A DNA stretch of 64,000 nt, taken from positions 32,001 through 96,000 of the IMG/VR virus record IMGVR_UViG_3300028888_000047. One strand, written 5' to 3'. The notes beneath the pieces were generated by a model. The model was not told the DNA's origin, did not search any database, and saw only the letters and a program-made list of their open reading frames with translations. The first letter of the stretch is position 1. Every line of letters begins with the position of its first letter. A program made the translations under genes and the position numbers. This DNA is from a virus. Taxonomy: Duplodnaviria > Caudoviricetes. Positions 7,922 through 17,792 of the stretch are shown piece by piece.

Positions 7922-8743
7922 TTAATCAGTAAATGTGCGAGCATCAGCAGGACTCTCACTGCCACTCTGCTTAGTTATGTCTTCAGTAACAGTCCAATAT
8001 AAAGCACCATAACTATTGTCAGTTATTATGTCATGCTCATCATATTCCAAACTAATCGGGTCCAAACAACAATGAATAACACTCCAATTCAATAAGTTGT
8101 TATAATCAGTTATGCTAACATTATAACCCTTCTCTTCACAGAATTTGCTGAACTCACTTAAAGAATAAAACTCCTGAACACCCATTTCATTCTCAATATC
8201 ACTATAAAACTTTATAACCTTGTAAGGCTCATCATAATTGTTCTCATCATCCAAATCATCATCAGACCATTCACCATTCCTAAACATACTATGACGATTT
8301 GACCAATAATCATTAATATCCTCACTGCCACGATGCTTGCCACGCTTCTTATCACCCCTCTTAGACTTCTTGAATAACTTCTTATTCAAAGCCTTTAACT
8401 TACGAGAACCTTTGGCATATAAAGATTCATCTATCTCCTCATAAGGAGAATAATTATCATCATCACAACCGGGATAATCTTCGCCAAAACAATCATATAA
8501 CATCGCATCAGAAGGCCAACCATATTGCTTACTCCAACGCTTAGCTGCCTCAAGCAACTCAAGCCTATGCTCTTCCTCTAAACGAGGAATCATACGATAT
8601 ACAGCATCATTTATAGTGGGCTTTATATCTTTAACACCAAGTAAATTCAAAGTCCTATTCAACTGCTCTTCATTACGTATCTTCAATTGAACAGCAAATA
8701 CAGACTTAGAACCACTACCACGTTTACCACGATTCTTAGACAT
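7922..8743 (-). CDS. hypothetical protein with alternating acidic and basic tracts
   Basis: 273-aa ORF, promoter at ~8785. Confidence 0.8.
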   Translation of the reverse strand: MSKNRGKRGSGSKSVFAVQLKIRNEEQLNRTLNLLGVKDIKPTINDAVYRMIPRLEEEHRLELLEAAKRWSKQYGWPSDAMLYDCFGEDYPGCDDDNYSPYEEIDESLYAKGSRKLKALNKKLFKKSKRGDKKRGKHRGSEDINDYWSNRHSMFRNGEWSDDDLDDENNYDEPYKVIKFYSDIENEMGVQEFYSLSEFSKFCEEKGYNVSITDYNNLLNWSVIHCCLDPISLEYDEHDIITDNSYGALYWTVTEDITKQSGSESPADARTFTD

Positions 8744-8841
8744 TATTCTATATAATATAAACTAATCTACAATATTTAGTGATACAAATATACAAAAATT
8801 ATATATAAAAAACAAATAAATAATGTTAAAAATAATTAAAA

Positions 8842-8981
8842 TGCTGATAATCAGATAGTTACAAAATTATACATTTTTAGATAATATTATGAAAAATCTT
8901 TACAATCTAAAAACAAAATAAAAAAAATTCCTTATAGAAGGGAACTTAGTTAAAGTGCTGATAATCAGATAGTTACAAAAT
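8842..8981 (+). repeat. 26-bp direct repeat TGCTGATAATCAGATAGTTACAAAAT containing an IHF-like site
   Basis: Exact copies at 8842-8867 and 8956-8981 in an AT-rich 500-bp intergenic gap. Confidence 0.9.
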
Positions 8982-9243
8982 AAGATGGTAAATTATTGTT
9001 TTATGAATTTTTTTTACAAAATTATATATTTTTATTATTTCCGGTTAAAATTTTAATTTTTTTTAGTTTTATCCGGAATTTTGAAAAATTTTAGATAATT
9101 TAAACGTAAAACTGTTTTCCAGCTTATTTTATTAGGGAACGATATACCTGTTGACTCTAAATAATTAATAGTGTATAGATATACAGATATTATTTGATAA
9201 AAACAAATTCTATCAGATATTTATTTAGAAAATATGTACTTAT

Positions 9244-9699
9244 ATGAAGAAATTGATTAGACTCACTGAAAGTGATTTACATAGCATGATTAAAGAGTCA
9301 GTAATTAGTATATTAGAAACGGTTAATACTTATACTGAAAAACTCATCGAAGAGGTTTTACTTAATGGTGGATGGTATAACTTGAATAACGATGAAGGGT
9401 ATGCGATAGGTATAGGATATGGATGTGGCACTAAAAAAGATTTTTTTCCACCTTATAGTAGTCGTTTAGAATATCGTTATTGCATTGTGACTGTTGAAGA
9501 TATTGAAAACATCAGAATAAAATTAGAGGAAAGAGGCTATGTTTTTGATGATGATAATGGTTATGTCCATATGGTAGGAAAAATACGTGATAGTGAAAAC
9601 ACAACTACCACAAAAATAAACCCAAATTCAGACCCTGTTGGTCATTATAGTGACAGATTGTTTAAGAATTCTACCGATGGAAATTTACATTTGTTTTAA
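9244..9699 (+). CDS. LTESDL-motif protein (putative jumbo-phage head/internal protein)
   Basis: N-terminal MKKLIRLTESDLHSMIKESV. Confidence 0.65.
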   Translation: MKKLIRLTESDLHSMIKESVISILETVNTYTEKLIEEVLLNGGWYNLNNDEGYAIGIGYGCGTKKDFFPPYSSRLEYRYCIVTVEDIENIRIKLEERGYVFDDDNGYVHMVGKIRDSENTTTTKINPNSDPVGHYSDRLFKNSTDGNLHLF

Positions 9700-9727
9700 T
9701 AATTTGCAAAATAATGAATCAAAGAAT

Positions 9728-10588
9728 ATGAATAAGAAACTGATAAAACTTACAGAACAAGACCTTCACAGAATCGTGAAAGAGTCTGTAGGCAAGATAT
9801 TGAAAGAAGGATATTATGACGATTTACATGATTATTGGGGGCAAGAAGATGAACCAAATCTAATTTGTCCATATTGTGAATCAGATAACGTGCAAGAAGT
9901 AAGAGGAAAAGATAGTTCTTGGGATGACTCTTACAGATGCTATGATTGTGGCAAAGTATTCGATATAGATAGTGCAAGAGGTAACAATTACTTTGAACCT
10001 GATTGGGATGCAATGAGGCACGAATCACTTAAGCGAAATGGCAAGATGTTGAAAGAAATGGATTTGAATCCAAGAATGAGTACTCACGATGCATACGGAC
10101 GTGGACTTTCAAGAAAATCTGAAGGTCCTAATTGGAGTAGACAAAGAAGGAGGCCAATGACTCAACAACAAGGCCTTGGTGGCGTTAATGTGGATGCGAT
10201 AAACAAAGAACTTTTTCCTGACGAAACGCCACAAATGGCAAAAGACCAATTGAAAAGAAAAGCACAATATGGTCTTATGAATCCACCATCAGTTAAAGAA
10301 TCAGATTTACATAAGATTGTGAAAGAATCAGTAAATAGAATACTCAGTGAAGACCAAAAAGGTTATAATCAAGTTATGAGCGTTCTAAATAAACCTATTT
10401 GGCAAGAGAAACTGAAAAAAGCATGGGAGAAAGAAAAATTGACGAACCCAAATCCAGATTGGGATACTTTTGAATATAACTTTGCTCTTCGTTGTTTGGA
10501 CAAAGAAAGAGAAGAAGATGCGAAACACTATTATAAAATGAGAAAGATTCAACGTCAGTTGGACAATAGCACAAGAAAAAACGTATAA
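9728..10588 (+). CDS. LTESDL-motif protein with zinc ribbon
   Basis: Start MNKKLIKLTEQDLHRIVKESV, internal second ESDLHKIVKESV, CPYC..CYDC. Confidence 0.7.
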   Translation: MNKKLIKLTEQDLHRIVKESVGKILKEGYYDDLHDYWGQEDEPNLICPYCESDNVQEVRGKDSSWDDSYRCYDCGKVFDIDSARGNNYFEPDWDAMRHESLKRNGKMLKEMDLNPRMSTHDAYGRGLSRKSEGPNWSRQRRRPMTQQQGLGGVNVDAINKELFPDETPQMAKDQLKRKAQYGLMNPPSVKESDLHKIVKESVNRILSEDQKGYNQVMSVLNKPIWQEKLKKAWEKEKLTNPNPDWDTFEYNFALRCLDKEREEDAKHYYKMRKIQRQLDNSTRKNV

Positions 10589-10602
10589 GAAATAGACATT
10601 AC

Positions 10603-10632
10603 AAGAGCAATCATAATAGTGGTTGCTCTTTT
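10603..10632 (+). terminator. intrinsic terminator
   Basis: AAGAGCAATC..GGTTGCTCTT then T-run. Confidence 0.75.
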
Positions 10633-10875
10633 ATTATGCCAAGTCATTACGTGTGTATCAAGCATAGTACAATCTGTTGTGGAATTATTGTAAAGTTGGG
10701 TCAACTTCTATATCAAGTAGTATTTTTTTCATTTTATTTAATTTTCTATAATACAGTAGTTCCTCAAGCCATTCTGCGAGTTGTTGATGGTCACATGCGC
10801 ATTCTTTATTATTGCATTGTAGTATTACTTCTTTGCAATGTTTAATTGCTTCATTTATTGTCATTTTATATATTA

Positions 10876-11394
10876 TTATTCAAAATCGCAAACGAATTTA
10901 ATATCAGTTTTTATTGGTCTAAAGTTGTTATTTATCAATTCTGTAGAGAGCATTACATCATTTACTTTAAATGTTTGTACATCGAACACTGCGTCTGCTA
11001 TATGTTCTTCGAGTGTAATAGGAGGTATAGAGTAGAGTCCTTCAATTGGGTGGTAGTTTTGTGCATTGTATAAATTTGGAAATAGTTTTTGCGAGATATA
11101 GGAAGTAAATTCTATAAGTTTTATTCCCTCGTTTTGCACTGTTGTGGTTGAATAGACGTTTTTCCAATTATATGGATTTATTATCACGGGAAAATTATCT
11201 TTATCAATAAATGGGCCTGTGTGGCCATCAATAGAAAATATAAACATTTTTTCTGTTGGAAGTTCTCCTATGTTATCACGATAGCTTACAAGGCTTTTAA
11301 TAAGTCCGTCAATGTTACCCTTATCTTGATTAATTTTTTCAAGATAGTTTTTAATGCACACTGCTTTTTTAATAATTTTGTTAATTCTTTCCAT
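10876..11394 (-). CDS. hypothetical protein
   Basis: 172-aa ORF coupled to upstream genes. Confidence 0.7.
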   Translation of the reverse strand: MERINKIIKKAVCIKNYLEKINQDKGNIDGLIKSLVSYRDNIGELPTEKMFIFSIDGHTGPFIDKDNFPVIINPYNWKNVYSTTTVQNEGIKLIEFTSYISQKLFPNLYNAQNYHPIEGLYSIPPITLEEHIADAVFDVQTFKVNDVMLSTELINNNFRPIKTDIKFVCDFE

Positions 11395-11635
11395 AATCTT
11401 TATAATTTCTATTAAATGGTTTATTATTACTTTTTTCTATTGTTTCTTTTGAATCTTTAATTATTTCAACTTGGTAGGATTCTGTTGAACGTTCATTTTC
11501 TTTTTGTTCAATTGTTTCTGGATGAAACATTGCTTTATGAAGTTTTTGATAATTAACGTGTACTCCGTCATCTGACCATTGGTCAAAGAATTGGCATATG
11601 CCTCCTTCTCTAATATATTTTTTTTTCTTTTTCAT
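11381..11635 (-). CDS. hypothetical protein
   Basis: 84-aa ORF, ATGA overlap. Confidence 0.6.
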   Translation of the reverse strand: MKKKKKYIREGGICQFFDQWSDDGVHVNYQKLHKAMFHPETIEQKENERSTESYQVEIIKDSKETIEKSNNKPFNRNYKDYGKN

Positions 11636-11958
11636 TTGTTTAAAAGTTTTTCTAATTTTTTGATTATATTTTCATTGTATTTAATTTCACATTTATGCAT
11701 TTCAATAAGTTCCTCCAAGCTATCTTCGCAATATTTAATAATATCTTCTTCATTTTTAAAACTGGTTAAATATTTTTGTCTGTCAGCACTACATTTTCCA
11801 TTGAAGTTAATATCAATGTTTAACCACCAATTACCTCCCCAGCAATCTGCATATAATTCTTTCACTCCTTTATAACAAAGTGTAACTGAAGCAAATCTAT
11901 CCTTCAGGTGTGCATCAATAAAACCAATGCTCTCTAATACTTCTTTATTAATTTTCAT
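11632..11958 (-). CDS. hypothetical protein
   Basis: 108 aa, I..E.LE.IGF N-terminal motif. Confidence 0.7.
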   Translation of the reverse strand: MKINKEVLESIGFIDAHLKDRFASVTLCYKGVKELYADCWGGNWWLNIDINFNGKCSADRQKYLTSFKNEEDIIKYCEDSLEELIEMHKCEIKYNENIIKKLEKLLNK

Positions 11959-11995
11959 AACATTTTTAAAATTTAATTAGTTAATTATATTACGC

Positions 11996-12120
11996 AAAAA
12001 AAAATATGGCACACCTTCCTGTTATTACAGGAGGGTATGCCTTACTGTTACAGAGGTCATGTATTATTAATACGATGGCATGTTGGCTTTCAATAAGATA
12101 TGATTAATTATTTAATCACG
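11996..12120 (-). ncRNA. candidate small RNA or attenuator
   Basis: Promoter at 12125 and strong hairpin plus U-run at ~12042-11996 with no usable ORF between. Confidence 0.5.
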
Positions 12121-12284
12121 TTGCAAAGATACAAATTTATTTTATTATATCCAAATTATTTTTGTTAAATAAAGTTAATGCAATAAATAGTTACCATTAT
12201 TTTTGTTGTTTTCCACTCTCTTCAATCATTTTGCCTACTAGTATATGTGTGCCACACTTTGGGCATTTAACAATTTCAGCCGTA

Positions 12285-12683
12285 TTAATACATTGCTATT
12301 AAACGATTGATTTTTTCATCTAGTTTCTTTTTTTTCTCAGAGAGTATGTTTACAGAATAATGTATGGCATCATTCTTTTTAAGGAAGAGTTCATAATTAC
12401 CAGTATAGAATTTGCCCCAAATGATATTAACCAAGTAAGCCTTGTGTTTATCTTCGTCTCTTACTGAAAAATGGCGGAATGGCAATTTGGGAATATGGAT
12501 ACAGCAAAATTCTCCCTTAGTGCTGCCATTAAAGAAAAGTGCGTCATTGTATATACCAAGCTGACCTGATACCTTATTTACCAAATAAACTGGTACGTTA
12601 ATTACTTTAGCGTGTATTGTGCTATCAGGATGTTTTTTAAGGAAACTCTTTTTTAGTTCCTCAAATGAATAAGGCTCTAACAT
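12285..12683 (-). CDS. hypothetical protein, paralog of 19196..19561
   Basis: INVP.Y.V.K..G and L...K.DA.....IL..K..K motifs shared. Confidence 0.7.
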   Translation of the reverse strand: MLEPYSFEELKKSFLKKHPDSTIHAKVINVPVYLVNKVSGQLGIYNDALFFNGSTKGEFCCIHIPKLPFRHFSVRDEDKHKAYLVNIIWGKFYTGNYELFLKKNDAIHYSVNILSEKKKKLDEKINRLIAMY

Positions 12684-12686
12684 ATT

Positions 12687-12860
12687 TTAAAATATTTTTA
12701 AGTTATACATTTTATTTAATTTATCGACCATTTGTTTAAATTGTGTGCCGTGTTGGGCATCATCTTTAATATGGTTATATGTCAAATAGAAATGAATCAT
12801 TTCGTGAATCATACAGATTTTGAATAGTTCCTTATCCAATTCACAATCTTTTAAATTCAT
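12687..12860 (-). pseudogene. C-terminal half of a SprT-like protease
   Basis: IHEMIH...HG..FK..V..LN aligned by eye to 3785..4438; N-terminal half is occupied by another ORF. Confidence 0.6.
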
Positions 12861-13041
12861 AAATTCCTTTTCTATTAAGCCATTCATAAAAGCCCATAAA
12901 ATCTTTTTGTCCATTATTGAACGCATCATTCTTTTCAGAAAGATATAATTGTTTGGCTTCTTCTTTAGTCATATTTTTCATGCTGCTAATTGACGGAGGC
13001 ATCTTTTCTTGTTTTCCAATTTGTTCAAGTTCTTTTTTCAT
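12841..13041 (-). CDS. hypothetical protein
   Basis: 66 aa; N-terminal KELEQIGKQEK equals C-terminus of 26360..26563. Confidence 0.6.
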   Translation of the reverse strand: MKKELEQIGKQEKMPPSISSMKNMTKEEAKQLYLSEKNDAFNNGQKDFMGFYEWLNRKGIYEFKRL

Positions 13042-13059
13042 TGTTTATTTTCTTTTATT

Positions 13060-13365
13060 TTACCAACTAATAATTAATGTTGCATCATTACTGTAGCTAT
13101 ATCTAACGTATTGAACAACAAATCCTAGTTTTGTAAATCTTTCTTTAATAATTTCTTTCAGTGTTTCGTTTAAGTTGTCTGATTTAACATTTTTGAAATA
13201 TTTCTTAACGATAAAATCTAATGACAGATGTATATCAAGTTGTCCTTTTTTTGCGTTTTCCTCAATATGCTCTGTTATAGAATTCATAAATTCATTAAAG
13301 CATTCATCATATGTAGTATTTACTTTTTCGAACGCCATTTTTCTGGCGATGTTTGCTGTTATCAT
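13060..13365 (-). CDS. hypothetical protein, paralog of 28732..29031
   Basis: A..AR..AF...NTTY.E, IEE.AK.G, terminal I.W. Confidence 0.75.
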   Translation of the reverse strand: MITANIARKMAFEKVNTTYDECFNEFMNSITEHIEENAKKGQLDIHLSLDFIVKKYFKNVKSDNLNETLKEIIKERFTKLGFVVQYVRYSYSNDATLIISW

Positions 13366-13431
13366 ATATTTACTTCCTTATTTATTGATATTGGGTAATA
13401 ATTAATAGTTATTATTTCTTGAGTATATGGC

Positions 13432-13842
13432 TCATAGTTTTATTGCCATTGTATAATACATTGAAAAGCCATTTTTAGGGCATATTTCATAAAACCCCTC
13501 AGATTCGTAGAACGCTTTCAGTTGTTGGTTTGACATTTCTCCAAGTGAACTAACCTCAAGTAACAATATGCAGTTTGTGAAGTATTTCTTGATGTATTGT
13601 AGCATTTGCCTACCATAGCCCATTCTTCTCATATTACTATTTGTACCAAAACTAGTCAAATGGAACACTGGAACTTGTGGATGCCCTAGTTCTTCACGTA
13701 TCCACTTAGGCATATCTGAAATTAACTTAGCATATATACTACATATGCGTTTGTTAGAGTCAGGGGTAAATCCCAAATCATCATCATATGTATTAAAACT
13801 CAGATAATTCAAACTGTATTCTTTTACCTTTATTATTGTCAT
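13432..13842 (-). CDS. GNAT family acetyltransferase
   Basis: RRMGYGRQ acetyl-CoA motif A and L..FYESEGF motif B. Confidence 0.85.
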   Translation of the reverse strand: MTIIKVKEYSLNYLSFNTYDDDLGFTPDSNKRICSIYAKLISDMPKWIREELGHPQVPVFHLTSFGTNSNMRRMGYGRQMLQYIKKYFTNCILLLEVSSLGEMSNQQLKAFYESEGFYEICPKNGFSMYYTMAIKL

Positions 13843-13844
13843 AG

Positions 13845-14285
13845 TTATTCCTCCTTTATATTATACATTCCTTCAGGTGCTTCAAGTGCTAGACCCATAG
13901 GAATTAACCCCCTGTAGTCAAAGTGGTGGGAGTTGAGCCAGTCGATAGCATCAACACTAAGTTTAACGCTAGTTATTTTTATATCACCACCAAGAACATC
14001 AATACTTTCTAATGCAGCAAACTCTTTGACTTCTTCCTCTGTCATACTTGACATTGGCCGGAGATATAGTTTAATACAACTTATGTCATAAAATTCATCG
14101 ACCCAATCAGTTTTTACTTTTTGGTCTTTTATAAGAATTTCAGTTATTTCATCATCAGTCTCTTGTTCTACATCCTCACCTTCAGTAGTTTCATTGTTGA
14201 TGATGTATTTTATTCTACATTGTATTTTATAAGGCAACCTCGCACAAAGGTCTCTCAACAATAAATCTTTATCTTCTTGTGCCAT
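13845..14285 (-). CDS. paralog family A (DL.ARLPY / YLRPMSSMTEEE / HFDYRGLI)
   Basis: Three conserved blocks shared by four ORFs. Confidence 0.85.
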   Translation of the reverse strand: MAQEDKDLLLRDLCARLPYKIQCRIKYIINNETTEGEDVEQETDDEITEILIKDQKVKTDWVDEFYDISCIKLYLRPMSSMTEEEVKEFAALESIDVLGGDIKITSVKLSVDAIDWLNSHHFDYRGLIPMGLALEAPEGMYNIKEE

Positions 14286-14288
14286 ATT

Positions 14289-14762
14289 CTACATTTCTAT
14301 TAAATTACCAAGCAATACTTCACATACTTTATGTTGGTACATGATATGTCCTATTTCATTTTCTCCAATTCCATCTGAGAGGCATCCTTCCATAAAATCG
14401 ATAACTGCTTCTTTCAATGTTATCTTTCTAATATCCTTTGGGTCTCTTGAATACCATCGGTGATTTGTCACGATTGTACTGAATGGTTTGTCACTAACCA
14501 GTGTAACCATGTAGTTACCTTTATCATAGACAACTTCCATCAATACATCTTTGTTATTGAACCCTGCCATTTCCTTATCATAATCCCTATCCATCCAGGC
14601 ATCTACCCAATCATACTGTCCATCCAGCTTATCTATATCGAATGGGTCTATTGAGTTGAAATCAATCTCTTCCATGTTGACTGAATATGTCTCGTATGAA
14701 TTCTTTATGATAGGTTCTGGTAATTCAACAACCAATGGTATTTTAAATTTCAGTATGTCCAT
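14289..14762 (-). CDS. hypothetical protein
   Basis: 157 aa, G..SDGIGEN motif. Confidence 0.75.
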   Translation of the reverse strand: MDILKFKIPLVVELPEPIIKNSYETYSVNMEEIDFNSIDPFDIDKLDGQYDWVDAWMDRDYDKEMAGFNNKDVLMEVVYDKGNYMVTLVSDKPFSTIVTNHRWYSRDPKDIRKITLKEAVIDFMEGCLSDGIGENEIGHIMYQHKVCEVLLGNLIEM

Positions 14763-14776
14763 TTTTTGTAAATGCT

Positions 14777-14974
14777 TTACTTTGTTTTATTTTTCCAAAC
14801 AACAACACTATCAATGGCTTTATTATCCTTGTAAGTAATTTCAAGAGTGGTTTTGCCTTGATAGACATCCATAGCTGTAGGCTTTATTATATAGTGACTA
14901 TACTCAAAAAAAGAAGCCCAAACACCACAAGCGAAAAAACCAATCAAAAAAGATATTATATGTCCACTTTTCAT
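14777..14974 (-). CDS. small membrane-anchored protein
   Basis: N-terminal TM helix, PTAMDVYQGKTTLEITY motif. Confidence 0.7.
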   Translation of the reverse strand: MKSGHIISFLIGFFACGVWASFFEYSHYIIKPTAMDVYQGKTTLEITYKDNKAIDSVVVWKNKTK

Positions 14975-15175
14975 AAGTTATTTATATTCATCTTTCACTA
15001 TCAAATTTATTAATAATGAGCCTGCTGCATATACTACTGCGACTCCAATGCAGATTTGAAATAATTCTCCTGGTGTCATAGTTATTCTAAACTAAATTCT
15101 GCGAATAATTCATCTTTTCCCCTACGATAAACAGTTGGAACGCCTATTTTTTTAACAAACGCATATACTTGTATG

Positions 15176-15370
15176 TCACATGTTCATCGTTAATTTGTTT
15201 AACTCTTTATATGCGTATTCTTTACTACTATAAGAATTAATTCTTTTCCATTTATTCCACCAATGTTTTTTACCTTCCAGTACATATAAGTCAGTTCCTC
15301 CCATATTTAGAAATGAAAAAGGAGTAAAAAATAACCAACTTGTATCGACATGTCTTACTCTATATTTCAC
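15176..15370 (-). CDS. hypothetical protein (MKYR.. family)
   Basis: Similar to 15367..15597; W-rich. Confidence 0.65.
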   Translation of the reverse strand: MKYRVRHVDTSWLFFTPFSFLNMGGTDLYVLEGKKHWWNKWKRINSYSSKEYAYKELNKLTMNM

Positions 15371-15597
15371 AATTTATTCATTAGTCCCTTAAGACATTTT
15401 TCTGCATCTTTACTATTACTAAAAACACAATTAACAATACAGCATCCAGGTATAGCCAAATCAGGGTGAGGTGCTTCGGGTCCCCAATAAGTAACAGTTG
15501 TCCAAAATAAAGGAAATCCAAATAAAGGGTTTTCTTGAACTTTATAAGTAAGTTTGTTATTTTTATATTTACCTACAATTCTATATTTCATAATCAC
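15367..15597 (-). CDS. hypothetical protein (MKYR.. family)
   Basis: MKYRIV...Y.VQ...FW. Confidence 0.65.
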   Translation of the reverse strand: MIMKYRIVGKYKNNKLTYKVQENPLFGFPLFWTTVTYWGPEAPHPDLAIPGCCIVNCVFSNSKDAEKCLKGLMNKL

Positions 15598-15971
15598 AAC
15601 AAATTTAATTCATTTAAACGTATAATCATTTTCACGCAAGCATCAACAGGATTGTTTGCAAATGTGGATATAATATCATCCTTAATTCCTACAGTACACA
15701 TATATTTTTCATTTTCTGTATCTGATTTGTCTTTTATTATATCAGTACCATCAGGTAAAACATTAAGCAATGCTGCAAAACTCCAACAAGGAGTTATAGG
15801 AGAGGCATCTTCATAATCTGGTTTTTCAGCATATACGTGTTCTCTGCCACAATCAATTTTATAATAACCATGAGTGTAATAGACTTTCCTCTGATACCAC
15901 ATATCCGCACTTTCAAGTGGCAGTATCTCTGCCAACTTCTTTGATTGACCTATATCAGTGTAACTTTTCAT
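15594..15971 (-). CDS. paralog family C (KSYTD..QSK.L..ILP.ESADM / PCWS.AALL / NPVDAC)
   Basis: Start moved to MKSYTD, ATGA overlap with upstream paralog. Confidence 0.85.
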   Translation of the reverse strand: MKSYTDIGQSKKLAEILPLESADMWYQRKVYYTHGYYKIDCGREHVYAEKPDYEDASPITPCWSFAALLNVLPDGTDIIKDKSDTENEKYMCTVGIKDDIISTFANNPVDACVKMIIRLNELNLL

Positions 15972-16360
15972 AACAAATTCCTTTCTCCCAACCCAACAAT
16001 CATATCCACACAAGCATCAACTTCATTTGTGTTTTTGCAATATAGATATGAAGCGCCATCTTCATTATAGTATCTATATACCCAAGAATTGTCAAAGGTA
16101 TTATGTGATTCAAATAAATATGAGTCCTTATTGGGTTTAATTGCTGGTGGTAATAGATTCCTTAATGCTGCAAGACTCCAACAAGGCAAAGATTTACTTT
16201 TGTTCATTGGCATATGAAATATTGGATATTCTTCATAATAGCTTGCCCCACTAATAGGATTATGATAATATGCATAATACATATCCGCACTTTCAATCGG
16301 AAGTATCTCTGCTAACTTCTTGGACTGTTCTAAGTCTGTGCATGATTTAATTGTTGCCAT
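15968..16360 (-). CDS. paralog family C
   Basis: Same three blocks. Confidence 0.85.
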   Translation of the reverse strand: MATIKSCTDLEQSKKLAEILPIESADMYYAYYHNPISGASYYEEYPIFHMPMNKSKSLPCWSLAALRNLLPPAIKPNKDSYLFESHNTFDNSWVYRYYNEDGASYLYCKNTNEVDACVDMIVGLGERNLL

Positions 16361-16510
16361 AATTATCTATTATCTAAATTTATTCTACTTGGGCATTCAC
16401 CTACATTAAAAGGGAAAAGAGAGCATCCTAAACAATGATTATCATAAAGCTCAACTTCCTTTTCGTATCTACTACAATAGTATTTTGTAGTCATAGTTAT
16501 TCGAATTAAA

Positions 16511-16864
16511 TTACCAACAAATGCTTTCTTGATATGGATGAGGCATTAATATTGAGTTGTCAAATTCAAATCTATAATATCCCCCACAAGCACATCTGCT
16601 CATTTGTTCTTTTTTATAGTCTATGGCATATATAATCATCCCGTAAATGGGTATATTATTTTCATCAACATATAGACGTATTTTATCAGGCCTTAATGTA
16701 TTTCTGTCATAAAACTCGTCAAAATTATCTTTATGAGAGGTTTCTGCTTCTTGTAGAATCATTTTTATGTCACGTTTAATTGCATAGTGACAATCATAAT
16801 GTTTGCCAAAGTGTTCAAATTCATTATCTTTTATTGGATATTCTTTTTTCTTAATTGTTGCCAT
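16511..16864 (-). CDS. hypothetical protein
   Basis: 117 aa, MATI start junction. Confidence 0.7.
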   Translation of the reverse strand: MATIKKKEYPIKDNEFEHFGKHYDCHYAIKRDIKMILQEAETSHKDNFDEFYDRNTLRPDKIRLYVDENNIPIYGMIIYAIDYKKEQMSRCACGGYYRFEFDNSILMPHPYQESICW

Positions 16865-16999
16865 AGTTACTCATTTTAATTACAGGTTCAATATCATACT
16901 TGTTGCTTACTAACATTTCAGCACTATATTCCAAACGTCTACATTGCATTTTAAAGAACTCTATTTTTTCTTCTTTTGTTAAATTAGTTGTTGCCATAG

Positions 17000-17287
17000 T
17001 TATTTCTCCTTTAATTTATCAATTAACGCATCAGCCTGCTCAACAGCTAACTCAGCAATAGTCTCCTTGTAATTGTCAGTAGAGCCAATAGAGTTCATTA
17101 TCCCTTGCATAGCTGCTATGGCTGCTTGTGTTCTATAATATGTCCAATCAGGAACATCAAGTTCTTCCTTTATCATTCGGCAATAAGACTTAATAGTTCC
17201 AATAATATGAGCCACATTACCACTTGTTGCCCTGTCACAAAGTCTTTCAATACCTTCTATATCAAGTTCTATTTGCAATCTATTCAT
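17000..17287 (-). CDS. hypothetical phage protein (A.AAMQG...AV..ADALI..L family)
   Basis: C-terminal motif common in phage proteins. Confidence 0.75.
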   Translation of the reverse strand: MNRLQIELDIEGIERLCDRATSGNVAHIIGTIKSYCRMIKEELDVPDWTYYRTQAAIAAMQGIMNSIGSTDNYKETIAELAVEQADALIDKLKEK

Positions 17288-17293
17288 ACTTAT

Positions 17294-17647
17294 TTAAATT
17301 ATATGTTCAAGACAATACTTTATTGCTGCTTCACATGCTTCTTCATGTTTTCTACATGGTATAGCATCATGTGAAATAGTATCGCTTTCTATTCTTGGTA
17401 AATATTCTTTATGAGAACGAAGTGGAATAATAGATATATCAATATTATGTACTTTCCTTAACCACTTCATTGCCATTTGGAGTGTAATACGTGGAGCAAT
17501 ATTAATATCTTGAGTCCTGTCTTTAAAATATATAACTACGCCACCAAGAGTATAATATGACTCATATTCTGCATTAAAATCAAATCCTTTTTTAATTAAT
17601 AGTTTTGCTGTTTCAAATGAAACATAATCTTCAGTAATTGTTGTCAT
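17294..17647 (-). CDS. paralog family B (ITEDYVSFE.AKLLK.KGF / PTLQMAMKWLR / AIKYCLE)
   Basis: Start moved to MTTITEDY; promoter at 17672. Confidence 0.85.
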   Translation of the reverse strand: MTTITEDYVSFETAKLLIKKGFDFNAEYESYYTLGGVVIYFKDRTQDINIAPRITLQMAMKWLRKVHNIDISIIPLRSHKEYLPRIESDTISHDAIPCRKHEEACEAAIKYCLEHII

Positions 17648-17792
17648 GAAATAGTTTTTTAAAATACAAAGCAAAGATAGTAAATTTACTCCAACCCGCC
17701 AAATTATTTTGGTTAAAAAATGTTAAAAGGTGGAAGATTATATCCCCCACACAATATTTAATAACTTTAAGCCATATGCATACAATAGTCAC

